Below the pieces are notes generated by a model, which was not told the DNA's origin, ran no database searches, and saw only the letters and a list, made by a program, of their open reading frames with translations. The position numbers and the translations under genes were made by a program. A stretch of DNA of 63,117 nt, filler included, from Choristocarpus tenellus KU-1152 (Eukaryota > Protista > Phaeophyceae), in NCBI GenBank assembly GCA_964200185.2. It is 9 parts of 9 records of this genome, joined end to end, with 100 filler letters (N's around TTAATTAATTAA, not from the genome) between each part and the next. Parts side by side here need not be neighbours in the genome. Positions count along the whole stretch, not along the records: positions 46,676 to 51,505 come from CAXNAD020012904.1; positions 51,606 to 56,154 come from CAXNAD020014051.1; positions 56,255 to 58,767 come from CAXNAD020027178.1; positions 58,868 to 63,117 come from CAXNAD020015482.1; 5 more parts are not named here. The stretch is one strand, 5' to 3'. Positions 50,899 through 63,117 of the stretch are shown piece after piece. The stretch's first letter is position 1. Each line of letters starts with the position of its first letter.

Positions 50899-51432
50899 GT
50901 ATAATTTGCAGCATCCTTTAAGAATCATTATGTAGTACTGCTGATTGCTGAATCATTGAAGCTCGCGGAAAAGGTTATCACTAATTTCCACCAGTAACCG
51001 CCTGTATATGTCGAGTAGACAATGGGGACAGCAGCTCGGGAAGCAGCAACATAGGGTGAGATTTGTAGGAGGGAAACGCCGAGGGAACTTTGGGGCTAGG
51101 GAAGTGTGGTGACGGGGTGATTACTAACCACCAGCATGAGGAGGTTGGTGGATGTTGGTGAACACAATGTTCTGTGCGGTATTCGTGCGCGAGGCGCGCG
51201 CGATTACCCATAATAAAAAGCAAGTATCAATCAAATTTCAAATATTGGTGGGTAAAAAGGGGAAGTTTATGAATTAATCCAAGTTTTCTGGACGGGAGAA
51301 CTCTGGGAGGAATGAATGTGTGGGGAACAGAGTGCTGATTAGGTTAAAAAGAACAATATTGAGAAGGTCGACAAAGAGTTAAGTACTAAATGCCTGCGAT
51401 GGAGAAGAGGTAGGAGAGAAGTTAAAGGAAAT

Positions 51433-51505
51433 GAGCCAAAGTATCTTAGAGAGTGGCACCGCGTCCATTTGGGTGTCAAAATCCAATGTTGCGATTTTGA
51501 TATAA
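51433..51505 (+). mobile_element. Family A MITE left end, truncated by contig break (A12)
   Basis: GAGCCAAAGTATCTTAGAGAGT...GTCCATTTGGG. Confidence 0.85.
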
Positions 51506-51605
51506 NNNNNNNNNNNNNNNNNNNNNNNNNNNNNNNNNNNNNNNNNNNNTTAATTAATTAANNNNNNNNNNNNNNNNNNNNNNNNNNNNNNNNNNNNNNN
51601 NNNNN

Positions 51606-51732
51606 AGGTGTGTCCAGAACATCGACATTGACACTTCTTAACACACACAATAGCCAAAATCACATCAAAATTGCAACATTGGACTTTGGCCCCCAAATGG
51701 ACAGGACTGTACCCTCTAAGATACTTTGGCTC
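51606..51732 (-). mobile_element. Family A MITE partial at contig start (A13)
   Basis: Ends TACCCTCTAAGATACTTTGGCTC. Confidence 0.85.
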
Positions 51733-52709
51733 TGAGGAAGAAAACTGCGTGTGGGTGGTCACTGAGAAAAGACTGGAGAATTTAATGAGTAACATTACAG
51801 TATCACACACCACAGAATATGGGGAGGAAATGAAGTTACTTGAGTTCAGCAGTATCTGGCCTGCACTTAGTCAGCAGAAGATCAGTAGGAAAAAAAAATG
51901 TATCGAGAAGGTTTTATCACTGTCTTATTACATCAGTACTATAATTTCTTGAAGCGGTTTTGGCCTGGTCAACTACTCGATACATTGTACCTATCCTCAC
52001 TAGTAGTGTCTCTTACTGGATGTGATCATCTGTTTTTGATTTGTGATATTTTCCACTTGCCTATCATACTAATTTAATCATTGTACCACAAAGGTACTAC
52101 TTATCTTTGCACCAACAAGTGCAAGCAGCCACACAGGGAAAAAGTTCCAAGGAGGCCCCTCTCATTTTACTATGCTAACACGTCAAACTGATATCAGGAG
52201 GGATATATAATTGCAACATGCCTACCTCGGGGAGGGAAGGACTTGACCCCCCTCCACCCTCGTATCACTACCAATTACATGCAGGGGGAAAAAAATACAT
52301 CAGAGATATGGCTAGTTCTCTATTGTCCTTGACCAAAACCAGCCAGCAGAATTTGAGCCAAAGTCATCAGCCAAGCAGTCTCTCGTTCACCGCGGAGCTG
52401 GCACATGACAAAAAAGTCAAGGACAAAAGTAAAAGAAAGAAAAAAGGAGGTACATTTCCATACTCACAAAAGACGCCACGCATATACAAACACCTCATCA
52501 CACCTCACAACTAGTCATAATACACAGCACACTTTGCTGCCACTCTCGCCCCACCTCACTCTCTAAGCAAAACAATCTCAGAACTCTCCCAATTTGCCAC
52601 CCGCATCCATGTCCAGGCACAACCAGTGCCTCCTTACCTTCCCCCTAACTCTTCAAAAACTATCATTTTGTTCTCAGTGAACGTATGTAATCTATTTTCA
52701 ACAAATCGG

Positions 52710-54623
52710 TCATTGCCGAACCTCCTCCTCAAACATCTCGGGGTGAGCTTCCATCCATGAAAACGCTTGATCCATTCCCCATCGCATTTCGGGCAGAGGA
52801 TGCAATAGGCCATCCAACAAGCCCTCCACATTCGGATTGAGGCATACTCCAAACATTGCCCAGTAGTTCCACAACCTCCTCTGCGAACCTCCCGGAGGAA
52901 CTCCTGCATCAAGGAGCTCAAACACTCCATGACCCCTTGAGCACTGGAAGATGTTCCTTGGTGGTACCGGTGCCTCTTCTGGGCGGCTATTATTCCTTGT
53001 GCTGGATTTGCAAGAAGGAGCATGCTGCATGCGCATCACCAGCGCATCATAGGCAAGGAGAATGAACAAGGACACACCACTGCTAAAGGCATCTCCCGCC
53101 AGCAAGAGCTCACCATCAGGCTCATCTATCTGAGGGCAGTCCCAGGCACCTCTTGCAACAGTTGCGCAGATGTGAGAGGATGCAAGCCATCGCTCAGGGG
53201 CCTGGTAGCATGTTGTGGGGTCATCCACAAGGTCCGCCGCACAAACCAAGGAACAGTGCTTTGCAAATCCTAGATCACAAAGCTTTGCTTCTGTGCCTGC
53301 TGAATCCAGGATTACATTCTCAGGCTGGGAACATTGTTGGCAGCAATTGAGGGGGGATGGTTGTGTGAGATTATTTCCCCAGGACTATCATTGGAAACAG
53401 AGGGTGAGGTAGAGGGAGAGAGAGGAAGAGGGAAGAGCATCTGGATCCCTCCATCTTAAACATTACCTGGTTAACGGTGGTCTACAAGTTGAGGTGAGGA
53501 TTTTGATTCCCTCCTTGATCAATGGCATTAGGTGGTAATATCTTGAAACTCGTCTATATGAGAAAAGAGGGAAACATGAACGCCGTGACTAGAGGGTAAT
53601 TCAGGGTCGTATCACTGTAACTCAACTAGGACTGGGTGCCTGCGTAATCCACAATTCACTGACCTTGACGTCGCGGTGGACAATGCCGCGGCGATGGAGG
53701 GCGCGTAGACCTTTGGCCATTTGGCGGAAGATTCCCATGCCCTCGGCAGAAGTGAGGCTCCCATATTCGGCGACCAAGGCATGAGCATCTCCTCCGTCAG
53801 CCCAGTCGAATACCATGGCGGTGGTAAAGCATTCAACATTTCCACCACGCATCAATGGTTTCTCCACACTATACATAGGAGCGTCGAGGATGATGTCTCG
53901 CAGGCGGATGATGTGGTTCAGGTCGTCCATGTCACCCAACTGGCAGTTGTCGTGGAGGGCACGATGTATTTTCAGCCCAGAAACAAGCTCTTCATGGTAA
54001 CGCATCAGTGCTGCTGGGTCCTCTGTTTTGTGGAACAGCTTCACAGCCACCTGTTGTTCCCATGTATTTCGAGGACGCCAGGGGAAGTGAGCGAAAAAAT
54101 GAGCAAGTAAGAAGTGAGTGACGTGAGCAAAAATTCTGGATTCGCTGGTAAGAGTCGAGGAACCACCTCCCACTAAGTTGTGATAGAGGTGAGACCCTCT
54201 TGCCTAGGTCATATTCGATACGATTGATTGGCTACGCAAGCCCCCAAACACTCCACAGACAACCGGGTCACACGACCTCACCTCGGCATTCGTTGCCACG
54301 TCAATGCCATGGTACACAAACCCCACACCTCCTTGCACTTGACCTCTCGGATCAGCCTTGCAGCGGTATCTTTTAGAGACGCTAAAATCACTGGGTTTCT
54401 CGAGCTTATCTGTCTCCAACACCTTATGTGCCCCATGCGTAACCCTGGGGCTCATCCTTTCTTGTTCTCGACGCTTACGGCGCGCAGAAGGGGTGGTAAG
54501 CATGATGACCCTCTCCGTACCATCTTCGCATCGCACCAATACTTGAGCAGGTTGCTGGTTGGTGAGATCCTTGAGCTCAAGGTGTATGTCAAGCAATGCA
54601 AGCTTGCGTTCGATAGCAGACAT
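52710..54623 (-). CDS. Ser/Thr protein kinase, 3 coding exons (54282-54623, 53664-54050, 52710-53324), about 447 aa
   Basis: Subdomains occur in order: QGGVGFVY, VAVK, HRDVK|PEN, KLCDLG, YQAPE, DAFSSGV. Introns are GT-AG, phase 0. An acceptor near 54655 suggests a further 5' exon. Confidence 0.92.
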
Positions 54624-56254
54624 GGTTCGAGGACATCTTCGCTTGGAAGCCAACCTGAAGGAAAGCAGCAAAAGGCGTAATGGCACGTCATAAATCGAGA
54701 TAAGGGATTGCCAAGGGAGGGTGGAGTATTGGCAAGAGAAACTCGTCAACAAATCGTGCCAGTACAACAGAACTTCGCCCTTGGCTACTCTGACAATTGC
54801 ACTATATAGAGAGCTCTACCAGCAACGTACCCATGTCGCTTGCGGTTAGCAGTTTGTCTTCGTACAGAGACTCCTTCGCCCAAGGACACAGTCATATCTG
54901 ACCCAGCCCTTCCCTCCTTGCACATAACGCCTTCGTCTTTCCGTCTACTTGGTAGTACAGAGTGAGGTAGGGCAGGATTTGTGACCTGACACAGGGTTCC
55001 AGTACCTACTCTTCGGGTTTCTATCTGTTGCGTCTTGGGTATCCACGCAATTTGTTGCAGTTGACCTATGGTTGAACGGTCTAGTTGCGGAAGAATCCAA
55101 CGCACCTCACTCAAAAACAAAAATGAATGCTGAAATCAAATTTCTACCTCAATATGTAGAACTAAAAGTTATCAAACAGTCACACAGTTTGCTCAATATT
55201 GTACACCAAATATCAATTTCAGTGGATTTATTGTTATTTGTTGCATGCTACGTTCCTTTCGAACTCAAATACTTAGAAATAGTACTCAAAAACTGTGCTA
55301 GTTCTAACTTCCTCTTTACTTCGTCAGCTTCCCATCTACGTGAGCCAATTATTTCTCCTATATGTAACTGGGAACACATCATAGTATTCTTCTAAACGCC
55401 TGATTTTCCAATTACTTTTGTCCTTTTGTGCAACTGTTGACACCAAAACTTTAGTACCCCAAAAGAGATTATACTTCCAAAACAAAACGCTTCGAACTAT
55501 CTATATTTCTTTATTTAGGATATATAAAAAGGTCCATATCAATTAAAAGAGTCCAAAAAAAGTGTTCATGCGCATGCAATTCATTATTTACCATCTTAGA
55601 GGTGGTTTTTGATCTTCCGTACAATCATATCTATATTGGTATAAGTTGTAATTGGGTGGTTTAATTGGAAAGTTTGGATGTAGAGGTGTCACTCTACGTC
55701 CTACAAAAAAATTGTAGAAACTCCAGATTCATAGTGACAACTAAAAAACAATTTTAATTTTTTTGTCAGATTATTATGAAAAGTTCACACACTAGAAATA
55801 TTAACATGTTTCAGTGGGTGGAAAAGGGCAACGTACTACATACCAAGGGCAGAAAACACAACGAACAAAATGATCACACAAAACATATATTTTGGTAGCA
55901 GAGCAACTTTACAATATTTACTGTGTTTTCCTTGCGATAAAAAAAAACTTTCCAGTACACCAACTATTTTGATACTATTCGCTTCTACTACTACGAATGA
56001 ATATATACAAGAGAGATTTTGTTTTTAAAATATTTCACGTACCTACCACTACTACACACCAATCTACTTGTTATTAGTTGGTTATTTTATTATTATGCCC
56101 TGACATTTTGCAGATGTGTCAGGGGGGAAACCAATGAAAACTATATATATACATNNNNNNNNNNNNNNNNNNNNNNNNNNNNNNNNNNNNNNNNNNNNTT
56201 AATTAATTAANNNNNNNNNNNNNNNNNNNNNNNNNNNNNNNNNNNNNNNNNNNN

Positions 56255-56278
56255 CCCCCCCCCCAGATACTTTGACCC
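56255..56278 (+). mobile_element. Family B TIR at contig start (B7)
   Basis: CCCCCAGATACTTTGACCC. Confidence 0.7.
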
Positions 56279-56507
56279 TTGTAATAAAATGAACATGGAC
56301 AGCGTCCCCACATAGGTGGTACGCGGCAGTAGAGCAATGGGTGTTGCTTGATTGTTCCATGCAATTATTTAAAAAGGTGTAACATGTGTAAAACAAATAA
56401 TATGACCAATTAAATTAATATTGAGAATGAGAACAGGCAATGACAATGAACAAGATGTAGGTGATGTAATGATTGGGAAAAGGGGATGGATAAATATTGA
56501 AAAATAA

Positions 56508-56777
<270 letters not shown>

Positions 56778-58029
56778 TAGGCGTCTGTCTGCTCTTGGTC
56801 ATGTTAAACAATAGTTCTTAGGCTTGTGCACGGGAGGGAAATTTTCAGTATTGGAGATCGCAACTGTGAAAATAAGAAAAATAAATATTTGAAGAAGTTC
56901 ATGACAGTGTAGGGTACACCTCCCAGTTAAAATAAACCAAGATATAAATGAATACAACGGCAAGCTGTCACGTGTTCCTATATATATATATTTTTTTTTG
57001 AATTTGTGCTACTGCAGAGTCCTACATAATTTTTGTGTTTTTTTTGGTGAGAGGGTCTATGTATCTCTTAATCTGTGTGTGTATACATTCGTTGATGGAT
57101 GATGCACATGTGCGTACAAAAAATCGAAAGCAGTTGCATAATTTTTTTTGTAGGTTGTGTTTCATGAAACCATCTTCCCTCTTTTTTTTCAGTTTTAAAA
57201 TTTGTCCTTGTTTCTTGCCTATTCTTTCTTATTTTGTGTTTTGTGATCATACATATATGTATATATGTAATAGAAGTGAAGCCCCCCTCCATGACTTATT
57301 GGGGAGAGCTCCGACTCAACCAGACAAGAAGCTGTTCCCCCCCCCTCCCAAATTCCCGACTGAAAGAATTGAGTTATCTGGTCTCAGGAAGTCGATCATT
57401 GATAAATATCTTTTTCTCTTCAACACTGTTTTCATTTTTATTTCCATCCCTTTGAGTCTAGATTCTGATCAGGCTTTTGCCAAGACGCAGGTGCAATTTT
57501 TTTTAGTTTTTGAAAAATTGTATTTTTACTAAATTGGTCAATATAAATTTGGTGAAAACATTGATTGGCACGTAGAAGTCCTTCAAGAGTCGTTTTTTGT
57601 TGAACTTGAGAGTAATATTTTTGTTGGACTTTTTGAACTACTGTGATGGTTGAGATTGTCAATCTCGTGCTTGAGACGGTGATAATTTGAAAACAAAACA
57701 AAACAAAAAGCTGAAGGTAACGATGTCTCCAGATTTTTTTTTTTTTAAAATAAAAATTATTTCCGGAGAGAACAACTCGTTTGCCAGAAATTGAGGTTCT
57801 AAGGTTTCTCTCACAACAACGGCAAAACCTCTGGGTCGCTCTGGGTTGTGATCTGTGGCAACATGTAGCCAGACCATGTGGCGTTCTGGAGCTTGAGGCT
57901 GATCCCTGTGTGGATCGAGATCCATCCCTTGTAATTTTGTTGGTGAAACAAACGCCTTTCACATTATTATTTTTTTCTCAGGTGAGTGATTCTACCTACT
58001 CACATCGTTCATTATCCAGCATGTCGTCG

Positions 58030-58141
58030 GATGTCATCTCGGGTCGATTTCAATCTGTTCGATGTCATTTCAAGTCGATTTCAATCTATCGGATGTCATT
58101 TAAAGTCGATTTCAATCTGTTTGATGTCATTTAAAGTCGAT
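58030..58141. repeat. 31-bp tandem repeat x3.6
   Basis: Units like GATGTCATTTAAAGTCGATTTCAATCTGTTT start at 58030, 58061, 58092 and 58123. Confidence 0.88.
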
Positions 58142-58740
58142 ACGATGGCATCTCTTGGGAATGAGGTGATACATCCGTGGCCTGGCCTTGGCCTGTAGTG
58201 TTTTGTTAAAAAAAAAAAAAATCAGATCGAGATTTTGTAAGACTTGATTGATTTAAAAGAAAAAAAAACTGTTGCTGAGGCTGTCATTCGATGTGGTCCG
58301 TTGTTTCGCCTTCCGGTTACCAAGACTCCGTCGTGAGTTTTTGCCCTGCACTCAATGCGAACACTGTCCGTACAAGTATAACACTGTGGGGTGTGGGTTG
58401 GGGTAAGGTGGGGGGTAGGGGGAGCTGATTTTTTTTTTCATTTTTCTAATGAAATATCTCTGTTGTGCATTACGGAGCTCTCAACCTAGTTCAAATTCTT
58501 GCCTTTTTTGCTGCTTTTATTTTTATCTTTGTGAATTGCCTTTGACTTATCTACTCTCCACCATGCGTGTGTGTGCGTGTGTGTGCGTGTGTGTATGGCC
58601 TGTGTTCTGTGCTCTGTCTGCTCCTCTACTGTATCTCCCAACATTGACTGGATTGTCATTTTGTGGGGTATATATCAAATTTGCTTCCTGAACACTTTCC
58701 TTGCCTTTTTGTTTTTTTTCTTTCCCTTCCCCCCCCCCCC

Positions 58741-58767
58741 GATCCGAAGAGCGTCCTGTAGGGAAAG
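58741..58767 (+). other. Illumina adapter remnant (assembly artefact)
   Basis: GATCCGAAGAGCGTCCTGTAGGGAAAG matches the TruSeq read-through GATCGGAAGAGCGTCGTGTAGGGAAAG with 2 mismatches, at a contig end. Confidence 0.9.
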
Positions 58768-60361
58768 NNNNNNNNNNNNNNNNNNNNNNNNNNNNNNNNN
58801 NNNNNNNNNNNTTAATTAATTAANNNNNNNNNNNNNNNNNNNNNNNNNNNNNNNNNNNNNNNNNNNNCGCGGGGGAGGTGGGGGGGAGGGGGCGGCGGGG
58901 CGCGCGGGGGTAGGGGCAAAGGATGAACCAGAGAGTCAGGTCAGAGGGAGTTCTGTTCGAGTTCCTTATTTGATGTAGCACTGGGTACCAACATACTGGC
59001 AAAAATATTCAATTCCCTGCATGCACCACACTGACTATTCGCCACAAGTCAGGACTGAGTTTGCCTTCTGAGACCAGTCATGTCCCTGTGTTTTCAGGTT
59101 CAGATCTGAGGCAAGGGGTAGTGTAGGTCTTGATTCCTGGTCCTACTCCACCACTCGAGTCACAGCAATGTCTACGTGTCTGGGTCGAAGGCCACAGTAA
59201 CATCATGGGTACCACATCCAGGTCTCACTTCTACTTGCAGGTACAAGTCCAGGTCGAACACCACAATAGGTTCGGCCGTGTGATGTCAAGTCCAGGCCCC
59301 CCCAACAGGCACACAAACACACACATGTTCTTCACACCTGCCTCATCACATCTGCAGTCAAGTCCTGAAACAAGACCGCCAGAATGTAGTTCTTTAAGTC
59401 TCACAATGCTCAAGGTGGGAACAAAATTCACTTCACACCTAACACAAAAGTAGATGTAGAGATAGATGTGTTACCGGTGAAACAAACCTCCTCGAAAAGG
59501 TTGCAGCCATGGGATTCATACCCGACACGGTTCGACTTCACATTCTGCACCAAAAAAAACAAAAACAAAAAACGGGATGTTTTCTGAACTTCACAAAAAA
59601 ACATTAAACTTTAGCCCTCTACTTGTACCACGAGGTGCACAGCCACGAGGAAAAATGCTAACGCCGAACCCATAAACCAATAACTGCGACCTTGAACCCT
59701 GACCAGGGTCTACGGCCAGAGCAGAAGGGAGACCCATATCCAGCACCTGTATCTTGTGAAGACGTGAGAGAATCCAATATATATATATATATATATCCAA
59801 TCTTCTAACCCTAACCCTGGATAGAAGTTGCAATAGAAGTTCAGATTCTGGATCTCAGACAACAGGACTTCTCATGCCTTCACAAATTACATGTCAGGTG
59901 CTGGGTCTGGGTCTGGGTCCCTTCCTGTGCAGACCAGGGCCCAAGTCCACCGTGGTGCAAAGCTCATCGATTCAGCTCTAACTATCGCTGAAGGCCCTAG
60001 TTCGAGTCCCCAAGTTGGGTCTGAGGCATAGATCCCCAGGATGGGTCCTAGGCTAGGCACCACCCTTAAGACCCAGGATGTTTGTAACATGCAACGTCTA
60101 AGACCTTGCTCAGAGTAGGACAACACAAGCAGTCCATTCCATTTCCTCTCATGCAAAGAATGCTGTCTGTCGAACATTGAGAAACCACTGTTACGCCGAG
60201 GCAGACAGTTATCTAGCTGTCTGCCATGGTGGATCAGTGGTATCTCACTATTTGACAAAAATCAGAAAACAGAAACCTACCCAGCATGATGCGCGAGGGC
60301 ATATCACCCCACCCATTGCACGCTCTTCCTCAGCAGTCTTCTCAATTTTCATGCTTCCCCT

Positions 60362-61060
60362 CTAACCCTAACCCTAACCCCTCTCTCACTCCATCTTTAC
60401 CCTCCTGTCGTAGGGAGTTGGGAAGAAGTCCAACCAGGACTTGATCCCACAACCTCTAATTTTGCCAAAAAAAGATACACCCTTTTCCCACCAGGACAGA
60501 CAATACCGCAGTGGTACTTCAATGGTTGACATTGTCCACGGCGACACTCAGAACCCGTCTTGTTTCTGGAAAATGCTCCCCAGAAAAGCACTTTGTTGCC
60601 TGTACAAAACGTTGTCCAAGACATGTGTAATCACGTACCCCCATAGAGAGGAGCAGTATAATACTTGGTGAAGGTCACACAAAAGGACAGTTATGATTAC
60701 AAACCAACGCTTGTGTCAGCAGGGACACACACCATTTAAAAGACTCGAGTTGCACAGGTCCTCTCTGCCCCTGCCTCCCTCCCACAACCCTGCGATGGGT
60801 CTTTTGTGCAAGCAAACCATAACTTCAAGTCGTCGCATGCGAGATGGAAAGTTGGACAATGAAGTGAAGACAGTGAAAAATGGCGATTGTTGGATGTCCA
60901 AAAGAGATAATGCAACACGTGATACCCGTAGATGTGTGGCATTGAACCATGGATAACCAGAGCAAACCAATGAAACAAGAGCCAGGCACCACATGAGGTA
61001 GTACACAGGCTAATCTTGTCATGATTGTGAACATGCCAGGCACACAATTGGGTCACATGA
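60362..61060 (-). mobile_element. Degenerate LINE 3' end followed by TTAGGG repeats
   Basis: LSNFPSRMRRLEVMVCLHKRP...DLC resembles the LINE ORF2 C-terminal FR.....L.VE.GR....R.C region. (TTAGGG)3 lies at its 3' side. Confidence 0.4.
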
Positions 61061-63117
61061 ACTTCACTCAATTTCAGACTACCTCACCTCCCTCCTCCCC
61101 CCTCCCCCGAGGGATTTAGGCAGCACTTTTGGAATGCTTGCTTCACATTTTAAAAATCGCAACTTCAAAAAAAAATATTGATCAAGCAGAAATCTTCTGC
61201 TTTTAGAAATGAAAGAGGCACTAACCTTGGGGGTATATCTCGTCATGCGCTAACTTCCTTGTCAAATACAACGCATGAAGCATACAGGCAGAAGGTACTT
61301 TGATCACCCAAATCACCACATCCCTGCATAATGCCCATTGCTCACACACAGATAAGACGTGAGACCCCAAGTCTTTTGCATTGACAGCAATCAATCAGGC
61401 GTTAAGAACTATGCTTGGCCTTGATTCACAACCTCACTAACGGTGGTCTTTGTTAGGCACAGCATGCAATACATCCACCACTCTTCATAGTGGCATAAAA
61501 AAAAAAGATACGAGCAAATTTAAAGTCATAGTACCCCGTGCATTTCCCAAGAACCCTAACCCTAAGGTATGTAAGAGAGATTGCTAGGTATGCTTCCAGC
61601 ACCAACAGGGAGCTTCTCCGAAGCAAACACCAATAATGCACACACCCCCACTGGTGCCAAGTCAAATACATTGGTGCGTAGGCCAGGTGTTCAAAAACTT
61701 AGCCCAGAGAGAACACAGTCCGGGCGAGAGAGGGATATAGGTGACACCTCCCCAAGGGAAGATGTCGACAACATTGGGCTTTTTCCCCCCTCCGTGCTTG
61801 TGCCCTGCATATTGCACAACAGTTCTCACGTGTACATACACGACATCGATTCATAGTTGCACCCAATCACAATAAAGGCAAGAAAAAGACATAAATTGGT
61901 GCATATAACACGTGTGGAGACAGTAGGTATGGGAGGGTGGGCAGCATGTGCATTAAAAAAATCACTACGTATCCGCCCTTGCCATCCATGCAAATAGAAG
62001 ATTTCATCTTCAACGGGTGCAGAGCGGTGGATGGGGAAGGGGGACAGAGAGGTCCACTAACCGTTCCACCAACTTGAACCATGGAAGTGAAGGTTCTTTA
62101 AAACCCAGCTGGGAAAGTATCAACAAGAATTGTTGTAGACACCATCTGGTCATATGACCACGACATTTAAATTATACGTTAAAAAGTAGTACATTCAAAA
62201 ATATCTCGATGTGGTTGGTGCTTCGAACGTTTCTATTCCAGAATTTCATCTAATATTGTTCCAATGGTGGACTATCCCGCTAGAATTTCAGGTGTGAGCA
62301 TCAGATATGCCACCATCTTAGCTGAAGCACATTGCCAGTAAGGAGTATTGTACATGATCAGGACAAGAGTAGGAGGAACATCTAAGTTCAATCTTCAGAA
62401 AGTTTTAAAGAGTATTTCAAAGTATTTGGGGTTAAGAATTTGAGTTGGGTAAGCGCCAGATAACTTACAAACAACAGATTGAAAAAACAATCAAGCTCAG
62501 AACTCAACACATTTTAAAACTTGATATTACCGATTTCCAAAAACAGGCATTCTACTCTTCGTTTCTTTTGCAGCACCCGAAAGCACAGAAATTTAAAGTA
62601 TTACATACATACTTGATGGATCTTCAAGTGTTGTTTCGATCCTCATACCCACTCCAAGCCCCGTACCAAGCATAGGCGTGTCACCCTACAACAAGCAGTA
62701 CCGGTCTGTCCCTGTCCATATCTGTTCTCTCCTAGTTGCGGATCACCAGTGGATAGGTCCCTGTTTCTCTCCCTTACTTGGAGATCTATATTTAAAGCAC
62801 TTCTGTTTTCTGCAATTCTGTTCTGCCTTTGTTGCATCTCCTCTATGGTATCCTTTGAGCATAGGTTTGAGTCGTACAAGACGCTCATCTTAACTAAAAG
62901 ATAATATGAACAAAAGAAATAATGCACCTGTCACCGCCTCACCTGAAAGGGTCTTCACGTCTGGAAGGATGCCAATACCCATACATATCAGCCGAACATA
63001 TCCCATATCCTCTACTGGTTCTACACCTGAATACAGAATTGAGTTGTCAGGGGAAGGGGCAGGGGTGTGTGGAGATCAAGGGTAAATGGCAAGGGATGGG
63101 GGGTGGGGGAGGAGAAG

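Noticed and set aside
51433-51732. Apparent single MITE spanning the gap
   Set aside because: Both pieces are the same (left) end in opposite orientations on different contigs, so they are two separate copies.
58030-58141. Regular repeats suggesting a CRISPR array
   Set aside because: The units are head-to-tail with no unique spacers, there are no cas genes, and the context is eukaryotic.
58741-58767. Distinct motif at a contig end
   Set aside because: It is Illumina adapter read-through, not genomic sequence.
62290-63030. Exon-like segments on both strands at the window end
   Set aside because: Splice-like signals are present, but no consistent gene model or recognisable product could be built.

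Overview
This is eukaryotic, intron-rich DNA, most likely from a stramenopile and probably a brown alga. That assignment is inferred from TTAGGG repeats, GT-AG introns and a secreted domain resembling the EsV-1-163/164 family. The window is not contiguous: nine contigs (1-17740, 17841-25712, 25813-35019, 35120-38290, 38391-46575, 46676-51505, 51606-56154, 56255-58767, 58868-63117) are joined by artificial 100-bp N-TTAATTAATTAA-N linkers. Recognisable genes: the last exon of an FKBP-type PPIase; a large minus-strand multi-exon WW/ankyrin-repeat gene; an HMMR/RHAMM-like coiled-coil gene head-to-head with a 4-exon CHY zinc-finger gene; a tandemly duplicated secreted-protein gene (one copy apparently broken); a 3-exon Ser/Thr kinase; one porphobilinogen deaminase exon; and a tRNA-Ile(GAT)-like pseudogene. 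The strongest unannotated signal is two related families of short non-autonomous TIR elements (about 20 copies in 63 kb). They have 4-bp target-site duplications and share bipartite end motifs, consistent with Sola2-type MITEs, and possible decayed Sola-like transposase remnants lie nearby. Also present are LTR and LINE remnants (some ending in TTAGGG tracts), a 211-bp foldback, tandem repeats and an Illumina adapter remnant. Exon models were derived by hand from splice sites and reading phase, and all family assignments are from motif recognition without database searches.
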